A stretch of 50,446 bases of DNA from NCBI GenBank assembly GCA_937915885.1, contig CALGGP010000229.1, positions 1-50,446 of the forward strand, written 5' to 3'. The notes below the pieces were generated by a model. That model worked only from the letters and a program-made list of their open reading frames with translations. It was not told where the DNA came from and ran no database searches. The position numbers and the translations under genes are program-made. Shown here one piece after another: positions 17,124 through 25,479 of the stretch (position 1 is its first letter; each line of letters starts with the position of its first letter). This DNA is from an uncultured Selenomonadales bacterium (GTDB lineage: Bacteria; Bacillota; Negativicutes; Selenomonadales; Selenomonadaceae).

Positions 17124-17535
17124 ATTGATTGAGAAAGATCATGGCGCCTGTGACGCTGATGTTGCCCGTCGCCGTGAGGTTCACGTCGCCCGTCACCGTG
17201 ATGTTCGCTCCGTCTTCAATCATCTCGACCGTCGTGCCGTTGCCCAACGTCAATCGCCTGCCGCCCGCTTTGATCGGCGCCGCCTGCTCCGTATATCGCG
17301 TCCCGATTATCCACCCTTCGCCCGACTCTTCTCCATTGGGCGCGCATAAACAGACGGCAGTGTCGCCGACCGACGGCAGCCAATAATCCGCCGCCACCGA
17401 CGTCGAACCGCGCCCGAGGATCGCATACTCCGCGCTCACCGCCGCATCCCGATCCTCAAACGTCACTCGCGCCGTCATCAAACTGTCGTTGACCGACATC
17501 ACGACCCCTTCTCGGATCAATTTTTGCTCCGCCAT
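17122..17535 (-). CDS. Baseplate spike / assembly protein V (P2 gpV, Mu gp45-like)
   Basis: The OB-fold-like N-terminus (GVVMSVNDSLMTARVTF) is followed by a C-terminal beta-helix repeat (ITVTGDVNLTATGNISVTG). It sits between the gpD-like gene and the wedge genes. Confidence 0.7.
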   Translation of the reverse strand: MAEQKLIREGVVMSVNDSLMTARVTFEDRDAAVSAEYAILGRGSTSVAADYWLPSVGDTAVCLCAPNGEESGEGWIIGTRYTEQAAPIKAGGRRLTLGNGTTVEMIEDGANITVTGDVNLTATGNISVTGAMIFLNQ

Positions 17536-17537
17536 CG

Positions 17538-18527
17538 TCAACACCTCGTCATTTCAAGCGCCGTCTCATATCCGCTCCCCCCGACCGTATGCGTCGCCTT
17601 CTGGATCAAATACTTGCCGTCGAATACTTCAAAGCCCGCAAGCAGGATTGTCGCACCCGCTCTCATGCTCATATCTCCGACCAGCGTCACTTGCACCTTC
17701 GTCTCTTCTCGATTCTTCGCCTTCAAACTTTTTTTCGCCAGCCGATCCGCCTCCGCCTTCGTCGATACCTTCTTATTCACCTTCAGCGTCCGTCCGCTCG
17801 AGCCGAACATCGTTTCTAAAATTCCTCCGCTTGCATACGACCCCTCTATCAGTTCGCCCTTCCGTCCGCTCTTATACTTTACTTCGCATTTTGAGTACAC
17901 TTCATTCAACGTCGATCGTACAGAAAATCTTTTCAAGCGACTGTCGCCCTTCACGATCGCGCCCGTCGCCGTCGCTCCTTCATATTTCTCGATGTCGAAG
18001 ATCACCAGCTGCCTATCATTCATTTTCAGCGCCAGCCCTTTGTCCTTGCACAGTCGATGCAGGAATGCCAAATCCGATTCCTCCGACTGCTCCGCGCGCT
18101 CTATCAACGGATCCTCCGATGTCTCGTAATACAATCGTAGCCCGCCGCCGGACGCTATGTCTGCCGCTATCGCCGACAACGGCACTTGCTCCCAACTCCG
18201 GCTCTTCTCGACCGACTTCACGCCCGACGTCGACGGGATCGAATTCCCCTTGATCTTGCACTCCGACGGCGGGAACGAATTTTCTATCTCGTCGATCTCA
18301 AAACTGCCCAACGGCAACGCCGTGTATTCGTCGTAGATCGTCGCCTCTATCGTCATGCCCCGCGAAGGAAACCACGCCGACCGAAACAGCCCGTCAACGT
18401 CCTGCAGCGTCACTTCTAAGGTGTCGGCTTCCCCGTCGAGCGCCTCTCGATAACTCAGCCCCTTCAGATACTTCGACAGCTCCGCTCCCACCGATTTGCC
18501 GTTCATCACCAGCTCAATTGCCGTCAT
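17538..18527 (-). CDS. Late control protein D / baseplate hub (P2 gpD, XkdQ-like)
   Basis: It is 329 aa with a family-typical end ...FDGKYLIQKATHTVGGSGYETALEM, and it lies downstream of the tape measure gene. Confidence 0.75.
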   Translation of the reverse strand: MTAIELVMNGKSVGAELSKYLKGLSYREALDGEADTLEVTLQDVDGLFRSAWFPSRGMTIEATIYDEYTALPLGSFEIDEIENSFPPSECKIKGNSIPSTSGVKSVEKSRSWEQVPLSAIAADIASGGGLRLYYETSEDPLIERAEQSEESDLAFLHRLCKDKGLALKMNDRQLVIFDIEKYEGATATGAIVKGDSRLKRFSVRSTLNEVYSKCEVKYKSGRKGELIEGSYASGGILETMFGSSGRTLKVNKKVSTKAEADRLAKKSLKAKNREETKVQVTLVGDMSMRAGATILLAGFEVFDGKYLIQKATHTVGGSGYETALEMTRC

Positions 18528-19161
18528 CCGTCATCATCTCTTTCGCCCAATCCGGCTCGTCCGATCCCAGCTCATATTCCTCTACGAACTCCGCGTGATG
18601 CCGCCCCTCATACACCCCCAACGTGATCTCTTCGATCCGCGTCGCGTTCTTCAATCGCGTTCGCCCACACCGCCCTATCGTGATCGCCTCGTAATATTCA
18701 TCATAGCGCCCCTCTAAGTAGTCTCCGAACTCCTTCAACTCCAACGTCTCCTGATTCAGCCCTGCCTCTAAAGCCTCTTGCCAATTCAATAAACACCGGC
18801 TTATATACGTCGGCGGCATTCCTCCATCCGTTTCCAGCCCCGCTACGTATTGCCCTCGAGTGAGCGCAAGGATTTCTTCCAAGATCGCCTCGCCATAATT
18901 CCAGCGCACTACTTCTCTCATGTCGTAATAGCCCGTCGGACGCTCGCTCGGGATCGCAGGTAAATGCTCCGGTCGCTCCGCCTCTAAGTGCTCCAGGATC
19001 GCTTCCGCGAATGAATATCTCAGCACTCGATAGTACGCCCGCGAAAATTCCGTCCCGCTCCGATTGAAATATTTTTCGAGCTCCGCGCGGAACGGCGAAT
19101 AGTTTTTTACCGTCGCCCAACCGCCGATCTCGTCCGCCTTCGATAATACCTCTGCCTTCAT
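18514..19161 (-). CDS. Hypothetical acidic protein embedded in the tail operon
   Basis: It is translationally coupled at both ends: an ATGA overlap with the gpX-like stop and a 14-nt overlap with the gpD-like start. I recognise no motif. Confidence 0.55.
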   Translation of the reverse strand: MKAEVLSKADEIGGWATVKNYSPFRAELEKYFNRSGTEFSRAYYRVLRYSFAEAILEHLEAERPEHLPAIPSERPTGYYDMREVVRWNYGEAILEEILALTRGQYVAGLETDGGMPPTYISRCLLNWQEALEAGLNQETLELKEFGDYLEGRYDEYYEAITIGRCGRTRLKNATRIEEITLGVYEGRHHAEFVEEYELGSDEPDWAKEMMTDDGN

Positions 19162-19352
19162 GATTGCCACGGCGCCTTCAGCTCCTTCTGCTGTCGAACT
19201 GTTTCTGCCTCCTTTAATTCCACGCCCGCTTCAAATTCCTGCCTCTCGATCTTGTCCCGGTTCGCATTCATCAATGCCTCCGCATGCGAAGTCGAGCCGT
19301 ATTCCCGCCATGCTATCTCTTCAAACGTGTCGCCTTGCATCGTCCTAAGCAT
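19158..19352 (-). CDS. Tail protein X (P2 gpX-like, LysM-like fold)
   Basis: TMQGDTFEEIAWREYGS...ALMNANRD resembles gpX (QGDTLDAI..YG). The start is uncertain (ATG 19352, 19340 or 19373). Confidence 0.55.
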   Translation of the reverse strand: MLRTMQGDTFEEIAWREYGSTSHAEALMNANRDKIERQEFEAGVELKEAETVRQQKELKAPWQS

Positions 19353-22300
19353 ACGCCCTCCTCGAACGCTCATGATTCAAGCGGCTCAGCGCCTCCTCTA
19401 AACTTTCCTTCATCTGCGGGATCATTTCCTCCGCTCCCTTCACCCCGTTGATCGTCACATTCACCGTGATCGGCTCCGCTCCTGCCTCCGACGGATTGTC
19501 GCTCCGAACCTCCCGTTCCTCTCGATCCAGTCGATCGTATGTCGCCACAGACCGCTCTAACCGACTCGGCTCCGTCACAGGCACCTTCGGCCAGCCCGGG
19601 CTTTGCGGCAGTTTGTTCAACGGCCACCGTCTTTGCGGGCTTGATTGATCCGGCGAAGGCCAACGCCCACTCTGCGGCAATTTGTTCAAAGGCCACGGCA
19701 ATCGCCTTTGCATGATCGACGGGCGACGCAGCATCGGCGGCTCGGGCGTCGTTGGATCGTTCGGCTCCGTCGGCACCTTCGGCCAGCCGGGCGTCTTCGA
19801 TAATCTATCGAACGGAAACGGCAGACGCCTTTGCATGATCGACGGTCGACCCGGCATTGTCGGTTCTGTCGTCGACGGAGTGATCGGCGGCTCGGGCGTC
19901 GTTGGATCGGCCGGCGAAGGTTGAGTGCCCTTCTTCTTCTTCAGTCGCTTGCCCATCTTTATCGCCGCGTCCAACCACACCGGCAGTTTTACCTTCGATC
20001 CCGACATGATCGACGTCGGCTTGCGCGGCTCCTCTTTTTTGTCGGGCAACACTCCGAGCAACTCGCCGACTTTCTCCCATAACGTTTTCGATCGCTTCGT
20101 CTTCTCGATCGGGATCGCCGCTTCCGGACTGTCCTCCGCAAACGTCGTGACGAACTCCCCGCGCGGATAGATACCTCCGACTGCGTTGTGCGACACCGAC
20201 GGCGACACAAAATTTGAGATCGCCGAATATGCATTCGACAACGCTCCGCTTATCGCCGCGCCCGCACTCGACGCCGCACTCATCAGCGCTCCTATCGCCG
20301 AAGACGCCGCCGCTCCCAAGCCCGACAGCGCTCCCGTCGCTCCCGACGCCGCCGACCCCGCGCCGGTCACTCCCTCATTGAACAACCCCGTCGCGCCCGC
20401 GCTCGCCGTCATTTGCGCTCCAAAAAATGTCGTCGCCTCCCCCGTCATCAGCATTTGACCGTTGAACGCCGCCGTCGCCATTCCCGTCTCCTGCAATTGC
20501 CCGTTGAACACGCCCGTCGTCGCCGCCGCTCCGTCCAGCGCTCCTTGCAAGCCCGTAACGTCCAACTCCGGCGCCTTCATCGTTCCCAATGTCGGCGATA
20601 ACTGCTGCCAAGGCAATTCCCTCGGCATCAGCGTCTTCGGCAGCTCCACCGCCGCGTCCGACATCTTGTTCGCCGCTCCCTCCATCGACCGCACCACAGG
20701 CTCCAGCGCTCGTGTCACTTGCTCCCCGTCGTCCTTCTTCCGATCGAATATCTCCTGCAACGACGATATCATGTCCTCTCGCGCCGCTTCGCTCACGTCC
20801 TTTTGCGTCTTCAAATATTCGATCGCCGCTCTCAGCGCCGCTTCCTTGTCGCTCTGCCCCTGCACGAATGTCGACAGCGACTGCACCAGCGCGTCCCGAT
20901 CCGCTGCCGTCTCCGTTTTCGCCGTCGACACCGCCTCCCGGATCGCCGTCACCAGCTCCCCTTGTTCCGACCTCTTATCTATCGCCTCCGATACCCGCGA
21001 CAGGATCGCATCCTGTTGCGACGCCGTCAAGTTCGTCTGCTCCTTCAAATTCTCCAGCGCCGACGATAGAAATTCTTCCTTCGACCCGCCATCGATCTTT
21101 TCTTTCTCCGATAACGCTATCAGCGCCGTCGCTATCCGATCCTCCGTCGATGCTTGCACATCCGACAGTTTTGCCTCCACCGCAGAAATGATTTCCGCGC
21201 CGCCTTCACGATCCTTGAACGTCTCACGCACGATCGTCATCATTTCCGCTTGTTGCGACGCCGTTTGATTTCCCGTCGCCGTCAACCGCTCTACCAGCGT
21301 CGACACCTTGTCCTCGGCGTCCGAACGCGCTATCTGCCTCACCTCCAACGTCAGACTTTCCTTCTCCGTCGTCGTCAGCTCCGTCTCCGCGCCGATCGCT
21401 TCTCTCGTCGCCGAACCGTAATTCTTCTCCTTTCCTCCCAGCGCTCCCCAATCAAATTTCCCCGCAAGGATTGACCCGTCTAACACTCCACCCGCTATCT
21501 TCACCACATTCCCGAGCGTCGTGCCCAATCCCTTTAACAGATCCACCACCATTTTGATCGCGCCGCCCAATGTCTCTTGGAACGCCGACCCCAACTTCCC
21601 GATCGCTCCGAGGATATCTCCCTTCAACAGCAGCCCAAACGCGTCCATCAGCGCCGCTCCGACCTTACCCACCGTCGAAAGGAATGTTCCGACCAGCGTC
21701 AGCGCCGTCGTCAGCACGCCAGTCAGCACTTCAATGCCCGCCAGCAAGCCGCCCATCGCCACATTGCCCAAGCCGCTTTCGCCGAACGATTCACTCAGGC
21801 GCGACCACGCTCCGCTTATCTGCTCGAGCGCAGGCATCACTTTTTCGCCGATCCCCGACGCCGCCGCGCTTATCCGCCCCAGCACTCCTTCAAAATACCC
21901 GCCTACCTTGTCCCAATTCTGATAGATCATATACGCGCCCGCCGCTATCGCCGCTATCGCCGCTATCGCCACGCCCCACGGACTCAATAAAAACGCCGCC
22001 GCACTCCGCGCCGCGCCAGAAAACGCATAGCCTACCGTCTGCAACAGCGCCAACATCCCTTGCCCCTTCGCTATCGCAAACACCGCGCCCAGCTTCGCTC
22101 CCAAGCCGCTCAGCAATCCGACCACGCCAGACAACGCTCCGCTCAGCGCCGCAGGTATTTGCGACACACTTGCCATCAAGCCGTAGCCCAACGCCTTAAA
22201 CCCCGTCGCTATACCTTGCGTCTTGATGATCGTCGACAGCGCCGTTAATTTCCCAAACAAACTGCCGAATACCGTCGCACCCAGTCGTCCGAATACGCCA

Positions 22301-24129
22301 AGACCCGCCGTCGCGCTCAACAAACCCGCCGTCGTTTGCACAAAACTTATTCCCGCCAACGCCAACCGGAAGCCCGCAAGACCCACGATCGCCACGCTCA
22401 AGCCCGCCGCCAATGCTCCGATCGCTCGCACCAGCCCTTGATTCCGTCCGATCCATTCCGCCAGCGACGTCACTATCGGATTCAGCCCTTCATACATCGA
22501 CCGCAGCATTGGCAGAAACGCGCTACCGACGTTGTTCGATACCGCATCGATTGCACTCTCGAGATACAGCCACGCTCCCCGCGTGTCGTCGTTCATCGTA
22601 CGCGCTACTTGTTTCGCCGTCCCGTCCGATTCCCGCAGCGCATTCCGAAATTCCTCAAATTTCTCGGGACCCTGCTCCAGCACCGCCAGCCAACCCGACG
22701 CCGCATTCACTCCGAAGATCGCTCCCACCGCCGCTAATTTTTCGTCCTTCGACAGCCCTTCCATCTTCGCCGACAGCTCTCGAAGAACGAACGACATTTT
22801 CTCCGTCGGCTTCATCCCCGCGTCGACGTGAATTCCCAGCGCCTCCAATTGCGCTTGCGATTCATACGCCATTCGCGTCGCGTCCGACAGCGATACTCCC
22901 AGCGCCTCCATCTCCTTCGACGCCTTCTTCGGCGGCCCCGCCAAGCGCAACAGCCCCATTCGCAGCGCCGTACCCGCCATCGATCCTTTGATCCCGGCGT
23001 TGCCCATGATCATCATCGCCGCCGCCGCATCGTGGATATCACCTCCGTACGCGTGCATCGCCGGCGCCGCATATTTCATCGATTCCCCGAGCGCGTCCAT
23101 GTTGAGATTCGACCGCGTCAGCGCGTATGCGTACACGTCCGTCATGTGCCCCACTTGATCCGCCGTCATTCCCAGCGCCGTCAGATTGTCCGACACTATG
23201 TCCGCCGTCCGCGCCAAATCCATTCCTGACGCCGCCGCCAAGTCAAGCATCCCCGGCATCGCCTTTATTATCTGATCCTTCGACCAGCCCGCCATGCCCA
23301 AAAAGCCTTGCGCCTCCGCCGCTTGCGTCATCGTAAATTGCGTCGTCGCTCCCAATTGCCGCGCTTGCGACTCCAGCTCCGCCATCTCCCGACGCACCCG
23401 CTCGTAATTCCCTTCCTTGATGTTTTGCGATTGCGTCAGTGAACGCACTCTGCTCATCGCGTGCTCGAATGTCTCTGCATTTTCCGTCGCCGACGCAAAC
23501 GGCCTCATGAGCGCTCCCGCCGTCGTAAACGCGCTTTGCATGTTGTCCCACGCCGTGCTAACATGATTAGAAGCATCCGTGTGTGCTTGATAGGCTTTCG
23601 CGAATTGCTCTTGACTTTTCATCGCCGCGTTCGCGCCCGACAGCGCCGCTTTCAATTGCGCCTCCGCACTCGCCAAATCCCGTACCTTGATCCCGGCATT
23701 GCTCAACGCTTGATACAACGCCTTCAGCTCCGAAGTTTGCGCTCCGTATCCTTTGAACGCGCCCGTCAACGTTCGCTCCGCCCCGCGCAATTGACTTTCG
23801 AGCGATCGCACCAATGCTTTATTGCCCGCCTCGCGCGCCGCTTGCAACTCCAGCCTCAGACGTTGCACTTCCCTTTGCGCCGTCCGCAATTGATCCAGCC
23901 CGCCTATCAAGCCCCCGCGACTCAACGCCTTAAACTTCTCCAGCGCCGCGCTCGCCGCTCTCAATTCGTTCAGCCTCTTCGATAAATCGCCGAACGCCCC
24001 GAGTGTCGCGCTTCCCGTCATCGATCGCTTCAGCCCCGCCATCGCTCCGCTCGCCTGCCGGATCGCTCCCATAAACGACCCGTCCAATTTCCCCAGTATC
24101 TCAAATACCGTCGTTAATACTTTCGCCAT
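19345..24129 (-). CDS. Tail tape measure protein (about 1594 aa)
   Basis: It is very long and Ala/Gly/Leu-rich, with coiled-coil and TM-like central segments, and lies between the chaperone and baseplate genes. The start is set at MAKVLTTVFEIL; the upstream 33 codons of the ORF overlap a plus-strand gene. Confidence 0.85.
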   Translation of the reverse strand: MAKVLTTVFEILGKLDGSFMGAIRQASGAMAGLKRSMTGSATLGAFGDLSKRLNELRAASAALEKFKALSRGGLIGGLDQLRTAQREVQRLRLELQAAREAGNKALVRSLESQLRGAERTLTGAFKGYGAQTSELKALYQALSNAGIKVRDLASAEAQLKAALSGANAAMKSQEQFAKAYQAHTDASNHVSTAWDNMQSAFTTAGALMRPFASATENAETFEHAMSRVRSLTQSQNIKEGNYERVRREMAELESQARQLGATTQFTMTQAAEAQGFLGMAGWSKDQIIKAMPGMLDLAAASGMDLARTADIVSDNLTALGMTADQVGHMTDVYAYALTRSNLNMDALGESMKYAAPAMHAYGGDIHDAAAAMMIMGNAGIKGSMAGTALRMGLLRLAGPPKKASKEMEALGVSLSDATRMAYESQAQLEALGIHVDAGMKPTEKMSFVLRELSAKMEGLSKDEKLAAVGAIFGVNAASGWLAVLEQGPEKFEEFRNALRESDGTAKQVARTMNDDTRGAWLYLESAIDAVSNNVGSAFLPMLRSMYEGLNPIVTSLAEWIGRNQGLVRAIGALAAGLSVAIVGLAGFRLALAGISFVQTTAGLLSATAGLGVFGRLGATVFGSLFGKLTALSTIIKTQGIATGFKALGYGLMASVSQIPAALSGALSGVVGLLSGLGAKLGAVFAIAKGQGMLALLQTVGYAFSGAARSAAAFLLSPWGVAIAAIAAIAAGAYMIYQNWDKVGGYFEGVLGRISAAASGIGEKVMPALEQISGAWSRLSESFGESGLGNVAMGGLLAGIEVLTGVLTTALTLVGTFLSTVGKVGAALMDAFGLLLKGDILGAIGKLGSAFQETLGGAIKMVVDLLKGLGTTLGNVVKIAGGVLDGSILAGKFDWGALGGKEKNYGSATREAIGAETELTTTEKESLTLEVRQIARSDAEDKVSTLVERLTATGNQTASQQAEMMTIVRETFKDREGGAEIISAVEAKLSDVQASTEDRIATALIALSEKEKIDGGSKEEFLSSALENLKEQTNLTASQQDAILSRVSEAIDKRSEQGELVTAIREAVSTAKTETAADRDALVQSLSTFVQGQSDKEAALRAAIEYLKTQKDVSEAAREDMISSLQEIFDRKKDDGEQVTRALEPVVRSMEGAANKMSDAAVELPKTLMPRELPWQQLSPTLGTMKAPELDVTGLQGALDGAAATTGVFNGQLQETGMATAAFNGQMLMTGEATTFFGAQMTASAGATGLFNEGVTGAGSAASGATGALSGLGAAASSAIGALMSAASSAGAAISGALSNAYSAISNFVSPSVSHNAVGGIYPRGEFVTTFAEDSPEAAIPIEKTKRSKTLWEKVGELLGVLPDKKEEPRKPTSIMSGSKVKLPVWLDAAIKMGKRLKKKKGTQPSPADPTTPEPPITPSTTEPTMPGRPSIMQRRLPFPFDRLSKTPGWPKVPTEPNDPTTPEPPMLRRPSIMQRRLPWPLNKLPQSGRWPSPDQSSPQRRWPLNKLPQSPGWPKVPVTEPSRLERSVATYDRLDREEREVRSDNPSEAGAEPITVNVTINGVKGAEEMIPQMKESLEEALSRLNHERSRRAYA
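19565..19909 (-). repeat. Imperfect tandem duplication (about 120-190 bp units) encoding Pro-rich repeats in the tape measure C-terminus
   Basis: Repeated strings: cgcctttgcatgatcgacgg (19703, 19826), atcggcggctcgggcgtcgttggatcg (19732, 19883), ggcaccttcggccagcc (19580, 19772) and tgcggca(g/a)tttgttcaa (19604, 19672). The protein repeat is RPSIMQRRLP(F/W)P...PGWPKVP. Confidence 0.8.
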
Positions 24130-24159
24130 TTTTACTGCCCCCAAAAGGAGTGTTTTCTT

Positions 24160-24471
24160 ATGAGCATCAGCGCTTTCGGCAGCTATGAGTATCGCTGCAA
24201 CCGCCGCGCCAAGCAGGATTCCCTTCAATATTCAAAGGTATGCGAACGCGGCATGGAGACGGGAATTTGGCGCGACGAGGAAGGTTACGACGCCGAAGGA
24301 TTCAACAAGAAGGGCTACAACCGCTTCGGTTTCGACCGCAATAATCGCCACAAAGACGGCACCGTTCGCACTCCCGTCAATCAAGAACAGTACTTCGTTC
24401 AGCTTCAATCCAAGCGCATTCTCGATGAATGCGACGAGATTGATGAATGGCTCCGCTCGCTCGAGAAATAA
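24160..24471 (+). CDS. Hypothetical small protein (103 aa) antisense to the tail operon, with a G(Y/F)(D/N) repeat motif
   Basis: AAGGAG lies 9 nt upstream of the ATG, and a terminator follows directly downstream. The central segment is EEGYDAEGFNKKGYNRFGFDRNNRHKDG. Confidence 0.55.
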   Translation: MSISAFGSYEYRCNRRAKQDSLQYSKVCERGMETGIWRDEEGYDAEGFNKKGYNRFGFDRNNRHKDGTVRTPVNQEQYFVQLQSKRILDECDEIDEWLRSLEK

Positions 24472-24495
24472 ATCAGCGGCAGATAAAAAAAATAC

Positions 24496-24526
24496 AGCGG
24501 ACGCTCACTCGGCGCCCGCTTTTTTT
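24496..24526. terminator. Bidirectional intrinsic terminator (A8 - hairpin - T7)
   Basis: The stem pairs 24496-24504 with 24512-24520 (9 pairs, one mismatch) and has a 7-nt loop. It is flanked by A8 (24485-24492) and T7 (24520-24526). Confidence 0.65.
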
Positions 24527-24937
24527 ATTTCCGACGCCCCGCCTTCATTCTTTCTATCCGCTCCCGCCGTTCCTCGTTTATCGCTTCGATCCATTCACTC
24601 AACTCGATCGGCGTCCGCGACATCCAATACTCCGCCCCAGCATACTCCGACACTCGCACCGCTATTCGACGGTAGATTCGCCCGGGGCATTCTCCGACGC
24701 GCCGTTTAAAAAATTCGCCGTCTCCACGAACAGCCTCATGTACTCCTTCATCGGCAGCGACATCAGCTCGGGCATGGGGCGCTCGAGCGCATACGACGCC
24801 AGCCTGATCTGAAAGCGCGTCGACGTCAGCATCTGATCAAACGTCACGCCCTTCGTGTATTCCTCTCGCTCCGCTCGCGCAAAGTCGTTCCCCGTCAGCT
24901 TCTCCAGCCCCGCGCGCAACGCCTCATAATCTATCAT
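24525..24937 (-). CDS. Tail assembly chaperone, long form made by -1 programmed frameshift (about 137 aa)
   Basis: After the slip at T TTT TTA, the -1 frame stays open for 60 codons (KRRVGECPGR...IERMKAGRRK) to TAA at 24527-24525. I translated this by hand. Confidence 0.6.
24662..24937 (-). CDS. Tail assembly chaperone, short form (lambda gpG / P2 gpE / XkdN analogue)
   Basis: The 91-aa ORF lies directly after the tube gene (ATGA overlap) and before the tape measure gene. It contains a slippery heptamer near its end. Confidence 0.7.
   Translation of the reverse strand: MIDYEALRAGLEKLTGNDFARAEREEYTKGVTFDQMLTSTRFQIRLASYALERPMPELMSLPMKEYMRLFVETANFLNGASENAPGESTVE
24707..24713 (-). promoter_or_regulatory. 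-1 ribosomal frameshift slippery heptamer T TTT TTA
   Basis: It fits X XXY YYZ in the zero frame AAT TTT TTA of the chaperone gene, 15 codons before its stop. Confidence 0.6.
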
Positions 24938-25467
24938 ATCAGCCCTACCGCCTTTCTGTACGGCGACGCAAAGTCCTCTCCGTCTATCCGATACACATAG
25001 TTCAGTTTGTCGAACGCCAGCTTCTCTACGCCCTCATAAAAGTAATTCAGGATCGCCACTTCCAACGTCAATTCGCTGTCGATTGTCGAGCTCGGCTCCC
25101 ATTTCCCCAAATTCCAATTCTTAGGAAAGCCGCTTACCTCCAGCCGGTGCTGATGCGGTTTGAGACCGCCGTTGCCCGCGTCCACATTCTCTACCGCTCC
25201 GTACAGCGACAAGTCTATCCTCTCGTATCTAAACAGTTTCGCCGCGTCCACCGGCGGCGTCCGCCACGTCAACTTCAGCTCCATCGAGCCCAGATTGCTG
25301 CGGATCGGCATCGCCACCGTCCCCGCTATCCCGTTGCCCTTCATGTCTACCGTCTCAGGCTCCGCCGTCGTCAGTTCGATGTTCGCCAGCCCCATCAGCC
25401 GCGACGTCCCGCTTCGATACACTTCAAAGTTGATCAGACCGATTCCTTGCAAAAATACATCCGCCAT
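24934..25467 (-). CDS. Major tail tube protein (P2 FII-like)
   Basis: Size and position fit, directly after the sheath gene. An AGGAG RBS lies 8 nt upstream of ATG 25467. The sequence style is that of contractile-tail tube proteins. Confidence 0.7.
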   Translation of the reverse strand: MADVFLQGIGLINFEVYRSGTSRLMGLANIELTTAEPETVDMKGNGIAGTVAMPIRSNLGSMELKLTWRTPPVDAAKLFRYERIDLSLYGAVENVDAGNGGLKPHQHRLEVSGFPKNWNLGKWEPSSTIDSELTLEVAILNYFYEGVEKLAFDKLNYVYRIDGEDFASPYRKAVGLI

Positions 25468-25479
25468 CTTACTCACTCC

